Of a stretch of 64,000 nt of DNA, positions 33,984-46,181 are shown piece by piece. The position numbers and the translations under genes were made by a program. Where the stretch lies: contig NC_133618.1 of assembly GCF_048593235.1 (NCBI RefSeq), forward strand, positions 29,050,478 through 29,114,477, in the 5' to 3' direction. The stretch comes from Sminthopsis crassicaudata (Eukaryota). Each line of letters begins with the position of its first letter. Position 1 is the stretch's first letter. Under the pieces are notes generated by a model. It was not told the origin of the DNA. It saw only the letters and a program-made list of their open reading frames with translations, and ran no database searches.

Positions 33984-36339
33984 TGCTCCTCAATAAAAGC
34001 AGCCATTTTGTTGAATTCTTTCCAGTACATATTTTGAGATTAAGACATATAGGTAACACACATGCTTTGTTTGCTTTGTGAGTATTATACTAACCATTCT
34101 ACTATGCTATGTGAATAAAAATATATTAAATTATTTCGGAACGTTCTTTTTTTGCAATAATAAGATTTATGTAGCACTTACTATGTGCTAGGCTCTGTGC
34201 TAAGCACTTTACACTGATTATCTCATTTGATTCTTATGACATCACGGGGAAATAAGTGTTATTATTATTATTGTTATTATTGTACCCAATTTACAGAAGA
34301 GATAATTGAGACAAACTAAAATTAGAATGACTTGCCCCACATTACTTGTTAGTAAATGCCCAAAGACATTACGTAGTCTATGTCATCCAACAGCAAGAAT
34401 ATAACACCAAGAATTTTACAGGGTCAATAATGAAACTCAGGGCACATCCTATGAGGGTCATGACTGTTATAATCCCTGCCATTTGTATGTCAGTTCAAAG
34501 CACTTTAAGTGTGTCCTTTTTTCTGAGCCTTATTACAAGTATTCTTCTGCCCCTTCTCTGGATTTGGAGGCTGAGGCTCAGAGCAGAAGCAGTTAACAAG
34601 AATCAGGGCTGGAATTCGGGCCTCCATACCTCCAAGTTCAGGACTCTCTGCCCCTGGAGGGAAGCATGAGCTTTGTGTAGCTCCATCTCACTCAGATCCA
34701 ATTCACTCCTAAATTAAGATATCACCATTGTGATGTCAATGGTCCTCTTCAAGAATGAAGGACACTTATTAAAGTCTTACGGATAGCTTTCATATTTTAC
34801 TCCATAGACATTAACTGTTTAATTCCTTCCTAAATAGTGTTCTTTTTTGTCATAAAGAAAAGCAGTGCTCGACAAACGGATTATGTGTGATTTGTCCAGG
34901 GTTCCAGGGCTGGATTTGAACACAGATATTCCTGACTCCAGACTCAGTGCTTTGTACACTCTGGTGCCAAAATAAAAGACATTAAATAAAACAAAAGACA
35001 AAAATAAAAGAAATAAAAATTATCTAAGAGTATGCAATATTTACCATCTATAAGAGCCCCCATCTCTCTAAAGAAAAGAACATGTCTTTTATCTTTTTTT
35101 AATCATATTTTAAATCTTTTATGTATGTACACATATATTACATAGAGTGAAACTATAAAAGCACATAGCATTACCCCAAATGCTAATGCATTTATTATAA
35201 CATAAATAATAAAATATAATAAGTCATAAATAAGTGGTAATTTTCTTTTTTCCCCCCCAAAATTATAGCTTTTTATTGACAGAACATGTGCATGGGTAAT
35301 TTTTCAGCACTGACCCTTTGGAATGTTCTGTTCTAACTTTTCCCCTCCTTTCCCCCACCCCCTCCCCTGGCAGGTAGTCCAATATAGGACACGTCTTTTA
35401 TCATCTGTGAGAGAGTCTCCTTGAGACCCCTGAGCACGTTCCTGAGGCGTCTTTGGGTATCTGTTACCACTTACTGCTGACTCTCAGTCACCCTCCACCT
35501 TACTAAGGTTCCATTCCAACGTGGCAACTAGCAAAGAAAGCAATCTCCTAGAAGTGAGCTGAGTGAAACAGATGACTCATTTAGCCCAGGAGATTTGATG
35601 ACCGTGAATTTCCTTTGGGAACCTGGACTGGACATTACACCGCATCATTTCTGCCTCCATTATATTAATCCACTTTCCCTTTTCTCCCCGGATGTGCTGG
35701 GCTCTCCGTGGGTCTCCTGGACAGCCACGTTCATCCTCCTTAGACAAGATGATGCTATTTCTGAGCACTCTCGTTCTCAGCTCCCACCCCAGCCATCCTC
35801 TGTCTGTTTCTGTCACCTCCCTACCTGTTTTTAGATTCTGGGGATACAACACTATTTCTTGCCCTTAAGACACTTGTATTCTATAGGCAAATAGCCTTCT
35901 TATTTTAGATTAGATATAGGGTGATAGGCGTGGGGCAGTCAGGGCAGCAGCATGATAGTCTAGGAATATGGAAAAGCTTTAGGAAGAAGGCGACATGAGC
36001 TGAACCATGGAGGAGACTATAGGACCTAAAGTCTAACAAAGCATTATTAGGAACATCCGAGCAAAGGAGCAAGGCAGGTGGAAAGTGAGAGTATCACCCT
36101 TGAGGAAGAGCAAAAATGTTAGTTTGATGGGTTTGTAAAGCAAATGAAAGGACTAACATGCAAGTAGTCTGGAAAGGGAGATTGGGGCCACGTGGAAAGG
36201 GCTTGAAATGAAAAAATACCTGATGCTGGAGACCCTAGAAAGGCATTAGAGGTCATTCCAGGACGAAAGTGCATGGCTGCACTTTAGGAAATTACTTTGG
36301 TAGCCTTGTGAAGACTGGGTTAGAGTGGGTTAGATTTAG

Positions 36340-36448
36340 CCAGAATAGTAGCAGTCCTGAAGTCAGGAGGACCTGAGTTTAAATCCAGCCTCAGACACCT
36401 AATACTTCCTAGCTGTGTGACCCTGGGCAAGTCCCTAAACCCCAATTG
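36340..36448 (+). mobile_element. WSINE1-like SINE, 5'-degenerate
   Basis: GAAGTCAGGAGGACCTGAGTTTAAATCC...GTGTGACCCTGGGCAAGTC. Confidence 0.8.
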
Positions 36449-36544
36449 TTGGTTAACTTTTCTATAGTGCTTTTAGTTGCAATCGCCTTTTACATATATT
36501 ATCTTATTTGATCCTTGCAACAAACCCATAGGGTAGATGATCTT

Positions 36545-37190
36545 ATTTTTTTTTAATTTTCAATATTATTTTATTTTTCCAAATACATGTAAAGATAGTT
36601 TTCAACATTCATTTTTGTAAGGCTTTGTGTTCCAAATTTTTTTCCCTTCCTCACTTTCCTGCTTTTCCCTCAAGACAGTCAGTAATCTGATATAGGTTAA
36701 GTATGTCCAGTTCTTTTAAACATATTTTTGTCATTTGTCATGTTGTATAAGAAAAATCAGAGCAAAGGGGAAAAAAACACGAGAAAGAAAAAACAAGCTA
36801 GAAAGTTACAAATACTATTCTTTGATTCACATTCAGTCTCCATAGTTTTCTCTCTGAATGCGGATGGCATTTTCCATCCCAAGTCTAAGGGTATAATAAT
36901 CTTTAATACTATTCTTTGATTCACATTCAGTCTCCATGGTTCTCTCTCTGGATGCAGATGGGATGGAAAATGCCATCTCTAAGGGTATAATAATATTTGA
37001 TCATGTTATTGAGAAGTGCCACGTCCATCACAGTTGATTGTCACATGATCTTGCTGTCACTGTGCACAATGTTCTCTTGGTTCTGCTCACTTCACTCAAC
37101 ATTAGTCCATGTAAAATTTCCAGGCTTTTCTGGAATCAACCTGCTCATGATTTCTTATAGAACAATAATATTCCATTATATGGCTATTAG
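36545..37190 (-). mobile_element. Old L1 3'UTR fragment
   Basis: Same 3'UTR consensus as the copies near 7550, 48740 and 62270. Confidence 0.8.
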
Positions 37191-38479
37191 GTGATAGTAA
37201 TTCTCCCCTTTTCCAGATGATGAAACTAAGGTGGCAAAGATGAAGTGACTGCAAAAGTCTGAGGCTGGATTTGAACTCATGTCTTCCTGACTTCCAATAG
37301 AGCATTACATCTAATAGGTCCCTTAGCTATAGGGAGACCACTTAAGGGTCTACACCAAAATCCCCTGATGAAAGGCTTGAATTTTCATGTTGGAAATGGG
37401 TAGAGAGAAATGAGCTTCTGTGAGAGATTCTATAGTGAAAAAATACAAATATAGTGAAAAAATAGCGAGAGAAACAAGAAGCTTCTTGTTAATATGGAGT
37501 GGGAACGAGAGCTTGGAATGACGCAAATGTTGAGAAGCCATCGTGAGTGTTGATTAGGAGGCTCCACAGCAATAGAGAAAGCTCAGGGAAGGGAGATGGG
37601 ACAGCCATCAGGCTCCCCGAGTCACAAAGCTATGAAGTGGTACAGCTCAGACCTGAAAGCGCATCTCTGGATGTACTACCCTTAGCAACAACTAAAGGCA
37701 TGTTTCCTTAAACAAGCCCTGGCTCTATTCCTGTTAAGCTGGGCACTGCTAACAGGGGTGGGTGGGGGGCTTCTTGGGCCCTTCTAGAACTTCCTATTCT
37801 TCCTTATGGGGATGGATACCTCCCTTCTCAGCTGACCCCAGTCACATTTCCCTTCTGCCTTTGTGGTTGTTATGGCCTCTTGAATTTCTGTTCTACTCCT
37901 TGTTCTCTTGGATAAGAAAGACTCTGTCCTGTTTCACCTCCAGGAGTCCTGCCTTCACCTTCTTATTTAGTTTTCCTGAAGGCTTTTCCAGAAGTAACCC
38001 TAGGAATTCTCCCCTCCACTGATGATCCCTCTGTTCTTATCCATGTAAATCATCAGGAATGATAATGACAGATTGGTGGATAAATTTGACCCGCCCCTCA
38101 GCAGAAGAAAACTTTCTGCAGATTCAGTGAATTCCAGATTGAGGTTCTCCACCTGTAATTTTAGGTTCCTATGTAGGCCGGTCACACTACGGGCCGTGGG
38201 TCCTCCTTTGTGGTCCCATCTCATGTACAAAGCACATTTTCCCAATTCTAAGTTTGTGTCCCTACCTTCTGACTTCTCCTCCAGTGTGAGTCTGGCCCTC
38301 TATCCACTGATCCATGGGACCTCTTAGTGTCCTGCTTATAGGCTCAGAAGGGGATTAGACCAAGTAAAGACATTACCTGAGGAAAGCTTGGTAGGCAAAC
38401 ATGGAGGACAATGTGGTGAAGGTGGGGAAGAAGAAAAAGATGGAGGGGGAGAAGGAGGGAATTAAGGAGTTAAGTCAGA

Positions 38480-38640
38480 GAGTCACAGAGAAAGCAGAGA
38501 GGAGAGACAGAAACAGAGAGAGAAGAGAGAAATAAAGACAGAGAGATAGACAGAGAGATAAACAGAGGTAGAGAGAGACAGAGTGAGAGAGAAAGAGATA
38601 GAGAAAAACAGAGACAGAAAGAGAGAGAGAGACAGAAAGA
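38480..38640. repeat. AG-rich degenerate microsatellite
   Basis: AGAGAC/AGAG repeats. Confidence 0.85.
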
Positions 38641-39319
38641 TGGGAAAGATAAGGAGAATTAGAGTTTAGACATCCATCGTGCCAAATTGAAACAATAGAT
38701 GTTCTCCAAGATCCTTTTCAATGCTGACAGTGGTGAGATATCTATCAGAAGATATTGGCCAGTGGCCAATGGCTCTGGTAGCCCTGGAGCAGTGAAAATG
38801 GGAGGTTCTCCATAAGTGTGCCATGGCAACACATCAATCAATAAATAAACATTTAGCTCCCAGTATGTGCCATGCAATGCACTAAGTGCTGGAGATACAA
38901 AAACAGTTATAATGGAACAGCAGTACACATTCTCTCCGCGTTTGCCCTTCCCTGGTGCCCGTCTCCTACATTTGTACCTTAGACATGGCGTTCTGTACTT
39001 GGGTCTTCCTCCAGATTTCTTCCCTAGCTTCCCATGTTCCATTGCATGTTCCCCCTTTATGAACCAAAGCAAGCTCATTCTTCCCTGACAGCATGTATTT
39101 GTGAGACAGCGGGCCCCAAGTTTGTACAGTACATAGTCTGTTGCTTCTGTGACTATTTGTTATTCCATTAAGTCCCCTTCACGTTGCACTGTGCATCTGC
39201 TGGATGACTAGTAAAGGAAAACCCACTGGATTTGCCACGGACTCAGGCTATGATTTTGAATGGTTGCCTTGAACCTGCCATAGCTTTTCTAAGGACCCAT
39301 ATTTGAGAACAATGTTTTT

Positions 39320-40630
39320 GTTTCGGGAAGAAACAGAAGATAATGGAATGGAGGGGAAAAGAGCTGGTAATCATAACTGTAACCATGAATGGAATGAGCT
39401 TACCTTAAAATGGAAATGGAGGGCAGAATGGGTGAGAAACCAGAATCCGACAATGTAGTATTTACAGGAGACCTATTTGAGACAGAGTTAGAATAAAGAG
39501 CTGGAGCAGAATTTCATATGCTTCAAATGAAAAAAAAAAAACAATTTAAAGAAAGAACAGGAGTACAAATCATGATCTCAGACAAAGCAAAAACAAACAT
39601 AGACCTGATTGAAAGAGAAAATTAGGGAAGTTACATGATATTACCTTAGCCAATAAAGCAATATTTTAAAAATTAAGGACAAGTTTATCTGATAAAGACT
39701 TTATTTTTCAAATATATACCGAGTATAGAACTGGGTAAATTTATAAAAATAAAAATAATTCCCCTTTTGATAAGTTATCAGAGAATATAGATAGGCAGTT
39801 TCTAGGGGAAGTCAAATCTGTGTATAGTCATATGAAAAAAAAATGCTCTAAATCACTATTGATTAAAGAAATGCAAATTAAAGCAACTCTGAGATGCCAA
39901 CTCATACCTATCAGAAATGACAAATACTGGAGAAGTTGTGGGGAAAATAGGTATACTAACAAATTACTCATGGAGTTGTACACTGGTCCAACCATTCTGA
40001 AAATAATTTGGAACTCTGTCTAGAGGGCTATGAAAATGTGCATGCTCCAAAGAGCATATTGTTCTCACAAGTACAGAACATTTATGTCCAAGGAACAAAT
40101 AGAGGGGATAGAACAAACACCCTTGTGGAAGGGCAAACAGAGAGAATATGCCATTTGATTGTAGGCTCTTTAGGGAAAGAACTATTTTTTGCCTCTTTTA
40201 GTATCTCTAGCATTTAGCTGGCACCTATTAGGAACTTAATGTTTATTTATTGATTGATGTGTTACCATGGCATACTTATGGAGAATCTCCCATTTCTACA
40301 GCTCCAGGGCCACTATCTTCTGAAAAAGATATATCACTGCTCTCGGCATTGAAAAGAACGTTGGACTTAGCTAATCTGATGAATTCAAGGATCTAAATTG
40401 ATTCCATAGGTCCCGTGATGAAAAAATGCTGTCCACTTCCAGAGAGAGAACTGATAAATTCTTAATGCAAATTGAAGTATAATTTTACATTTTTATCTTT
40501 CTTGCTCTTTTGGAAATATGGCTAATATGTAAAAATGGTTTTCATGATTCCGCATGTATAATTAATATATTGCTTGCCTCTCTCAGGGAGAGAGAGAATT
40601 TGAGATGCAAAATTTAAAGACAATAATGTT
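39320..40630 (+). mobile_element. Highly degenerate, internally deleted L1 remnants
   Basis: Endonuclease-like bits near 39370-39640, ORF 39820-40023 (KKCSKSLLIKEMQIKATLR), and 3'UTR-like 40340-40630. Confidence 0.65.
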
Positions 40631-41112
40631 TAAAAAAAAAAACCAAAGGAATGAATGAAAGAACAAAAAAAAAATTAATGAATGAATGAAAACTTTTCCT
40701 TAACATCCAGGCTCCAGTTGACTTTTTTGGAGCTCATGTGCTTCATGCACTCTAAGTTCTTGTCATACTGTCAATTTTGATGTTCCTTGCATACAACACT
40801 CCATCTTATTATTCTTTGCCTTAGCATAGGCTAGTCTCCCCTTTCCATGCTAATATGCTTTCCTTCCTTATCTTTGCATTTTAGTATCCCTAGTCTCTAT
40901 TCAAGTTCAGTTTAGCTGCCATCTCCCATCAAAAACCCATCCAGATACTTCTCCTCATGCCAGAAATTGTTTTGCACTAATATATGTGTATACATATGTA
41001 CAAACACATCTATGAAATATATATGTATTTGTTGATTTTCCTCTGTAGAATGTAAATCCTTTGAAGAGAGTAATTTTTTTGTATCCCCAATGATTTCCCA
41101 TAGCTAACTCTT

Positions 41113-43030
41113 TTTTTTTATTCATTTTTCCAAATTATCCCCTCCCTCCCTCCACTCCCTCCCCCCAATGGCAGGTAATCCCATACATTTTACATGTGTT
41201 ACAATATAACCTAGATACAATATATGTGTGTAAATACCTTTTTCTTGTTGCACATTAATTATTAGCTTCCGAAGGTATAGGTAACCTGGGTAGATAGACA
41301 GTAGTGCTAACAGTTTACATTCACTTCCCAGTGTTCCTTCTCTGGGTGTAGTTATTTCTGTCCATCATTGATCAACTGGAAGTGAGTTGGATCTTCTTTA
41401 TGTTGAAGATTTCCACTTCCATCAGAATACATCCTCATACAGTATTGTTGTTGAAGTGTACAGTGATCTTCTGGTTCTGCTCATTTCACTCAGCAACAGT
41501 TGATTTAAGTCTCTCTAGGTCTCTCTGTATTCCTCCTGCTGGTCATTTCTTACAGAGCAATAATATTCCATAACCTTCATATACCATAATTTACCCAACC
41601 ATTCTCCAATTGATGGACATCCATTCATCTTCCAGTTTCTAGCTACAACAAAAAGAGCTGCCACAAACATTTTGGCACATACAGGTCCCTTTCCACTCTT
41701 TAGTATTTCTTTGGGATATAAGCCCAATAGCAGCAATGCTGGGTCAAAGGGTATGCACAGTTTGACAACTTTTTGGGCATAGTTCCAAATTGCTCTCCAG
41801 AATGGCTGGATTCTTTCACAACTCCAACAACAATGCATCAGTGTCCCAGTTTTCCCACAGCCCCTCCAACATTCATCATTATTTGTTCCTGTCATCTTAG
41901 CCAATCTGACAGGTGTGTAGTGGTATCTCAGAGTTGTCTTAATTTGCATTTCTCTGATCAGTAGTGATTTGGAACACTTTTTCATATGAGTGGAAATAGT
42001 TTCAATTTCATCATCTGAGAAATGTCTGTTCATATCCCTTGACCATTTATCAATTGGAGAATGGTTCGGTTTCCTATAAATTAGGGTCAGTTCTCTATAT
42101 ATTTTGGAAATGAGACCTTTGTCAGAACCTTTACCTTTAAAAATATTTTCCCTATTTGTTACTTCCCTTCTAATCTTGTTTGCATTAGTATTGTTTGTAC
42201 AGAAACTTTTTAGTTTGATGTAATCAAACTCTTCTATTTTGTGATCAATAATGATCTCTAATTCTCCTCTGGTCATAAATTCCTTCCTCCTCCACAGGTC
42301 TGAGAGGTAGACTATTCCCTGTTCCTCTAATCTATTTATTATCTCACTCTTTATGCCTAAATCATGGACCCATTTTGATCTTATCTTGGTATATGGTGTT
42401 AAGTGTGGATCCATATCTAATTTCTGCCATACTAATTTCCAGTTTTCCCAACAGTTTCTTCCGAATAATGAATTTTTGTCCCTAATGTTGGTATCTTTGG
42501 GTTTGTCAAAGATTAGATTGCTATAGATGTACCCTTTTTTGTCCTTTGTATCTAATCTATTCCACTGATCTACCGGTCTATTTCTTAGCCAGTACCAAAT
42601 GGTTTTGGTGACTGCTGCTATATAATATAGCTTTAGATCAGGTACACTTAGACCACCTTCCTCTGACTTTTTTTTCATTAGTTCCCTTGCAATTCTCAAC
42701 CTTTTATTCTTCCATATGAATTTTGTTGTTATTTTTTCTAGGTCATTAAAATAGTTTCTTGGGAGTCTGATTGGTATAGCACTAAATAAATAGATTAGTT
42801 TGGGGAGTATTGTCATCTTTATTATATTCACTCGGCCTATCCAAGAGCACTGAATGTCTTTCCAATTATTTAAATCTGACTTTATTTTTGTGGCAAGTGT
42901 TTTGTAATTTTTCTCATATAATTCCTGACTATTCTTTGGTAGATGGATTCCCAAATACTTTATACTCTCAACATTTGTTTGGAATGGAATTTCTCTTTGT
43001 ATCTCTTGCTGTTGCATTTTGTTGGTGATA
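41113..43030 (-). mobile_element. Young 5'-truncated LINE-1 with 15-bp TSD CCATAGCTAACTCTT
   Basis: Uninterrupted 500-aa ORF2 C-terminal half (41515-43017; YLGI..., CCHC region CWRGCGKTGTLMHCCWSC) with a nonsense codon near the end, 3'UTR and poly(A). TSD at 41098-41112 and 43031-43045; TT|AAGA endonuclease site. Confidence 0.97.
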
Positions 43031-44432
43031 CCATAGCTAACTCTTAATAAATACTTATTGAATGAACAATTTCAATGAATGGCTGACCACATTAGCTTTT
43101 GATCTCTCCCTCTGTGTTTTGTGTCATTTTCTCCTCATAAATCTAGGAATTGCTATGGATTACCCAATCTATTCAATGGAGACAACTGAAAGTACAATTC
43201 ACAGAGTGACTGCTGGTTTTGGAATTAGGAAGACCTGACCTCAAAACTAGATCAAATACTAACTACATTATCCTGAGCAAGTTACTTAATTGCTGTTTGC
43301 CTCAATTTTCCAAACTGTAAAATGGGGATAATAATAGCACTTATCCTACAAGATTATTATGAGGATCAAATGAGATAGTATTTGTAAAAAGTGCTTAAAT
43401 GCTGTATAAATGCTTACCATTTTTGCTCTGCAATCAAAATTATATTCACAATCCCCATTGACTGACTTCCTCCAATGGTTTTATTACTAGCTAAGTGCCT
43501 CCAAAACTAGTTGGAGGAAATTTATTGACATTATTTCCAAGACATACTTTATAGACTTAGTAATAAAAGGAGAAAAATGATTGGGTTACATAGATCAGAG
43601 TTTCCATTCAATCTTTGGATCCAGCTACCTCCAAAGGCAGACAATTTTCATTGACTACACTGTTTTTTTTCCCAGCCTCAAGACAGGTGCTAATCTGGAA
43701 ATTTAGTTCTCAGTTAAGAGCTTATTAGGAGCTGAGAAAGCACATTATTTTTTCATTCATGGGCTGGAAAATGGAAGAGTTCCAGGGAAGTAAATAGTAA
43801 AATCCAGTAATAGGCTTGTAAATATTTCACAGCAACTTTTTAGGGGTTAAAACTATATGCATAAAACATTTTAAAGTTTAATATGTGTTATTTTTAATCT
43901 GTATTGTTAACAAAAAAAACAAATCAAGGCCTGATGTATAGGATTAGTGATTTCCCAAGGTGTAAATGATCACACTGAACATTTAACAATCAGCTCTGAA
44001 GGGCCAGCTCCAGAATACCATGAGATTCCTTAGATCTTAAGAAGTTTACAAACTGTTGCAGTGGTGGATGCTGCTGGGATATTGGAAATTCAGCAGGGCC
44101 TATGGTGGAGTCAGAAGCCTTGGGCTTCAATTCTATTCAAGAACTTTGATTAAAAGCCCTGTTTCAGGCATTGTGCCTAGTGCTGGACACATGAAGACAT
44201 AACTGAAAACAGTTCCTGCCCTCATAGAGCTTATATTTTATTAGAGCAAAATGACAACTGCACAGAGACTCTGCTGAGAACTGGGGCAAAGGAGGTAGCC
44301 ATCTTGAAGAGAAGAGCCAGGCTTCTCCTTTGCTCTAGTGTTCACTAAATCTAACTGAGTGAATTGGATTTAACTTCTGAAATGAGCCTTGGAGAGAGAT
44401 AGAGAACCCAAAGACCCCCATGGGACTGCTCT

Positions 44433-44897
44433 NNNNNNNNNNNNNNNNNNNNNNNNNNNNNNNNNNNNNNNNNNNNNNNNNNNNNNNNNNNNNNNNNNNN
44501 NNNNNNNNNNNNNNNNNNNNNNNNNNNNNNNNNNNNNNNNNNNNNNNNNNNNNNNNNNNNNNNNNNNNNNNNNNNNNNNNNNNNNNNNNNNNNNNNNNNN
44601 NNNNNNNNNNNNNNNNNNNNNNNNNNNNNNNNNNNNNNNNNNNNNNNNNNNNNNNNNNNNNNNNNNNNNNNNNNNNNNNNNNNNNNNNNNNNNNNNNNNN
44701 NNNNNNNNNNNNNNNNNNNNNNNNNNNNNNNNNNNNNNNNNNNNNNNNNNNNNNNNNNNNNNNNNNNNNNNNNNNNNNNNNNNNNNNNNNNNNNNNNNNN
44801 NNNNNNNNNNNNNNNNNNNNNNNNNNNNNNNNNNNNNNNNNNNNNNNNNNNNNNNNNNNNNNNNNNNNNNNNNNNNNNNNNNNNNNNNNNNNNNNNN
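44433..44897. other. Assembly gap (465 N)
   Basis: N run; lies just downstream of exon 4 of REG pseudogene B. Confidence 1.
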
Positions 44898-45057
44898 CCT
44901 TTGCTTGATGGATATCCTCCCAATTTCTTCTTTCCACCTATAGTCCCAGCACTCAAAGTGGAAGAGCAGACAGGTTCTGAGTTGGGGATGCGGGACCAGA
45001 AACTCCCTCCTCCTCCATACTTTTGAGTAGAAAGAGAGGAGAGAACAAAGATCAAGC

Positions 45058-46181
45058 CTTCAGGGGATTGTGAAGGCCTATCCAGATGGAGCCCCAGCTG
45101 CCACATTCTCAGCAATCATAGAGGACACAAAGGAAGCTTCAGCTTCTTTTGGCAGGGATGCTAGGTGACCCCGTGGCAGATTCTGACAATTAGCTATAAG
45201 GGAGTAGGGAAAGGTTTAGTTATTAGCAATGGAGAGGAGGAAGGAGCAATGGGAAGCTTTGGGATAAGAAATCTCTAGACTCAGCCTCTTCTTTTCCTCT
45301 TCTTGGATCCATCTCCTTGATAGTCCCATTTCCCCCCTTCCCTTTTCTCTCTAAGTTTCTCACCACTCTGAGAACTGTCCTCAAAATAGTGCTGAAGGTG
45401 GTGGGAAGACCCTGGAGGGAGGGACCCACCTGTTGGCTCATACTTGGCACATTGGAGGTGCTTATTAATTCTCAACCATTGAATTTTTGGTTGAATTGCC
45501 AGGCTTAGGCCCAGCAGGGAAGTGAAGAGAGGGCCTAAGAAGCCTGGGGGCATCACCCAGGGCAGCATTTCTTTCAATCTGAAGGGAGGGCCATAGGATT
45601 GGGGCAAAAGACATTCCTAATTTAGAGATGGGACCAGAGAAAGGAAGTTTACAGTTGGAAAGAGCAAAGATCTTCCTTTTTTTTTCTTTTTGCTTTCAGA
45701 GTTGATGACAATCCCTCTCTTGTGCCCTTTCTCTTCCCTCTAATAACTAGGGAAATCTGGAGACACTATGGGGAAAAAGCTAATGGCATAGGAGCCAGAG
45801 ACACATCCTGTCATACATATTCTAGGATAGCTTTTGCTGACAACCTTCCCCTCTAGCAGCTTTCTCCCCAAAGTTAAAATGGCTCATTCCCTATCCCAGC
45901 ATAAGGAATGGCCTGAATGACATGGAATGATCTCTCCACTTCCAGTTTATCTGTCTTAAAAGACTGTAGGATGGTATATATGACCAGGAAGTGTCAGATC
46001 CTTTATAGAATAAACTAGAGGGGGAAATAGATATGAGCAGGAATGAAAGGGAGGAACCATGGCAGGATGGTTCTAGGAAGGAATCAAGGCAGATGAAGAG
46101 AGTAGATAATAAAGAGTCAGAGTACACATGTTGACAAGTGATGAGCTAATGTTGGACATGGGGACGATTCTTTTCCAAGAA
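45058..46181 (-). pseudogene. REG-family pseudogene, copy B
   Basis: TATA at 46002-46007. Exon 2 at 45568-45430 (MLPWVMPPGFLGPLFTSLLGLSLA plus a 63-nt insertion). Exon 3 is missing. Exon 4 at 45193-45058 (NCQNLPRGHLASL...EASFVSSMIAEN/GSIWIGLHNPLK) is 2 nt short with frameshifts and a GC donor. Confidence 0.85.
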
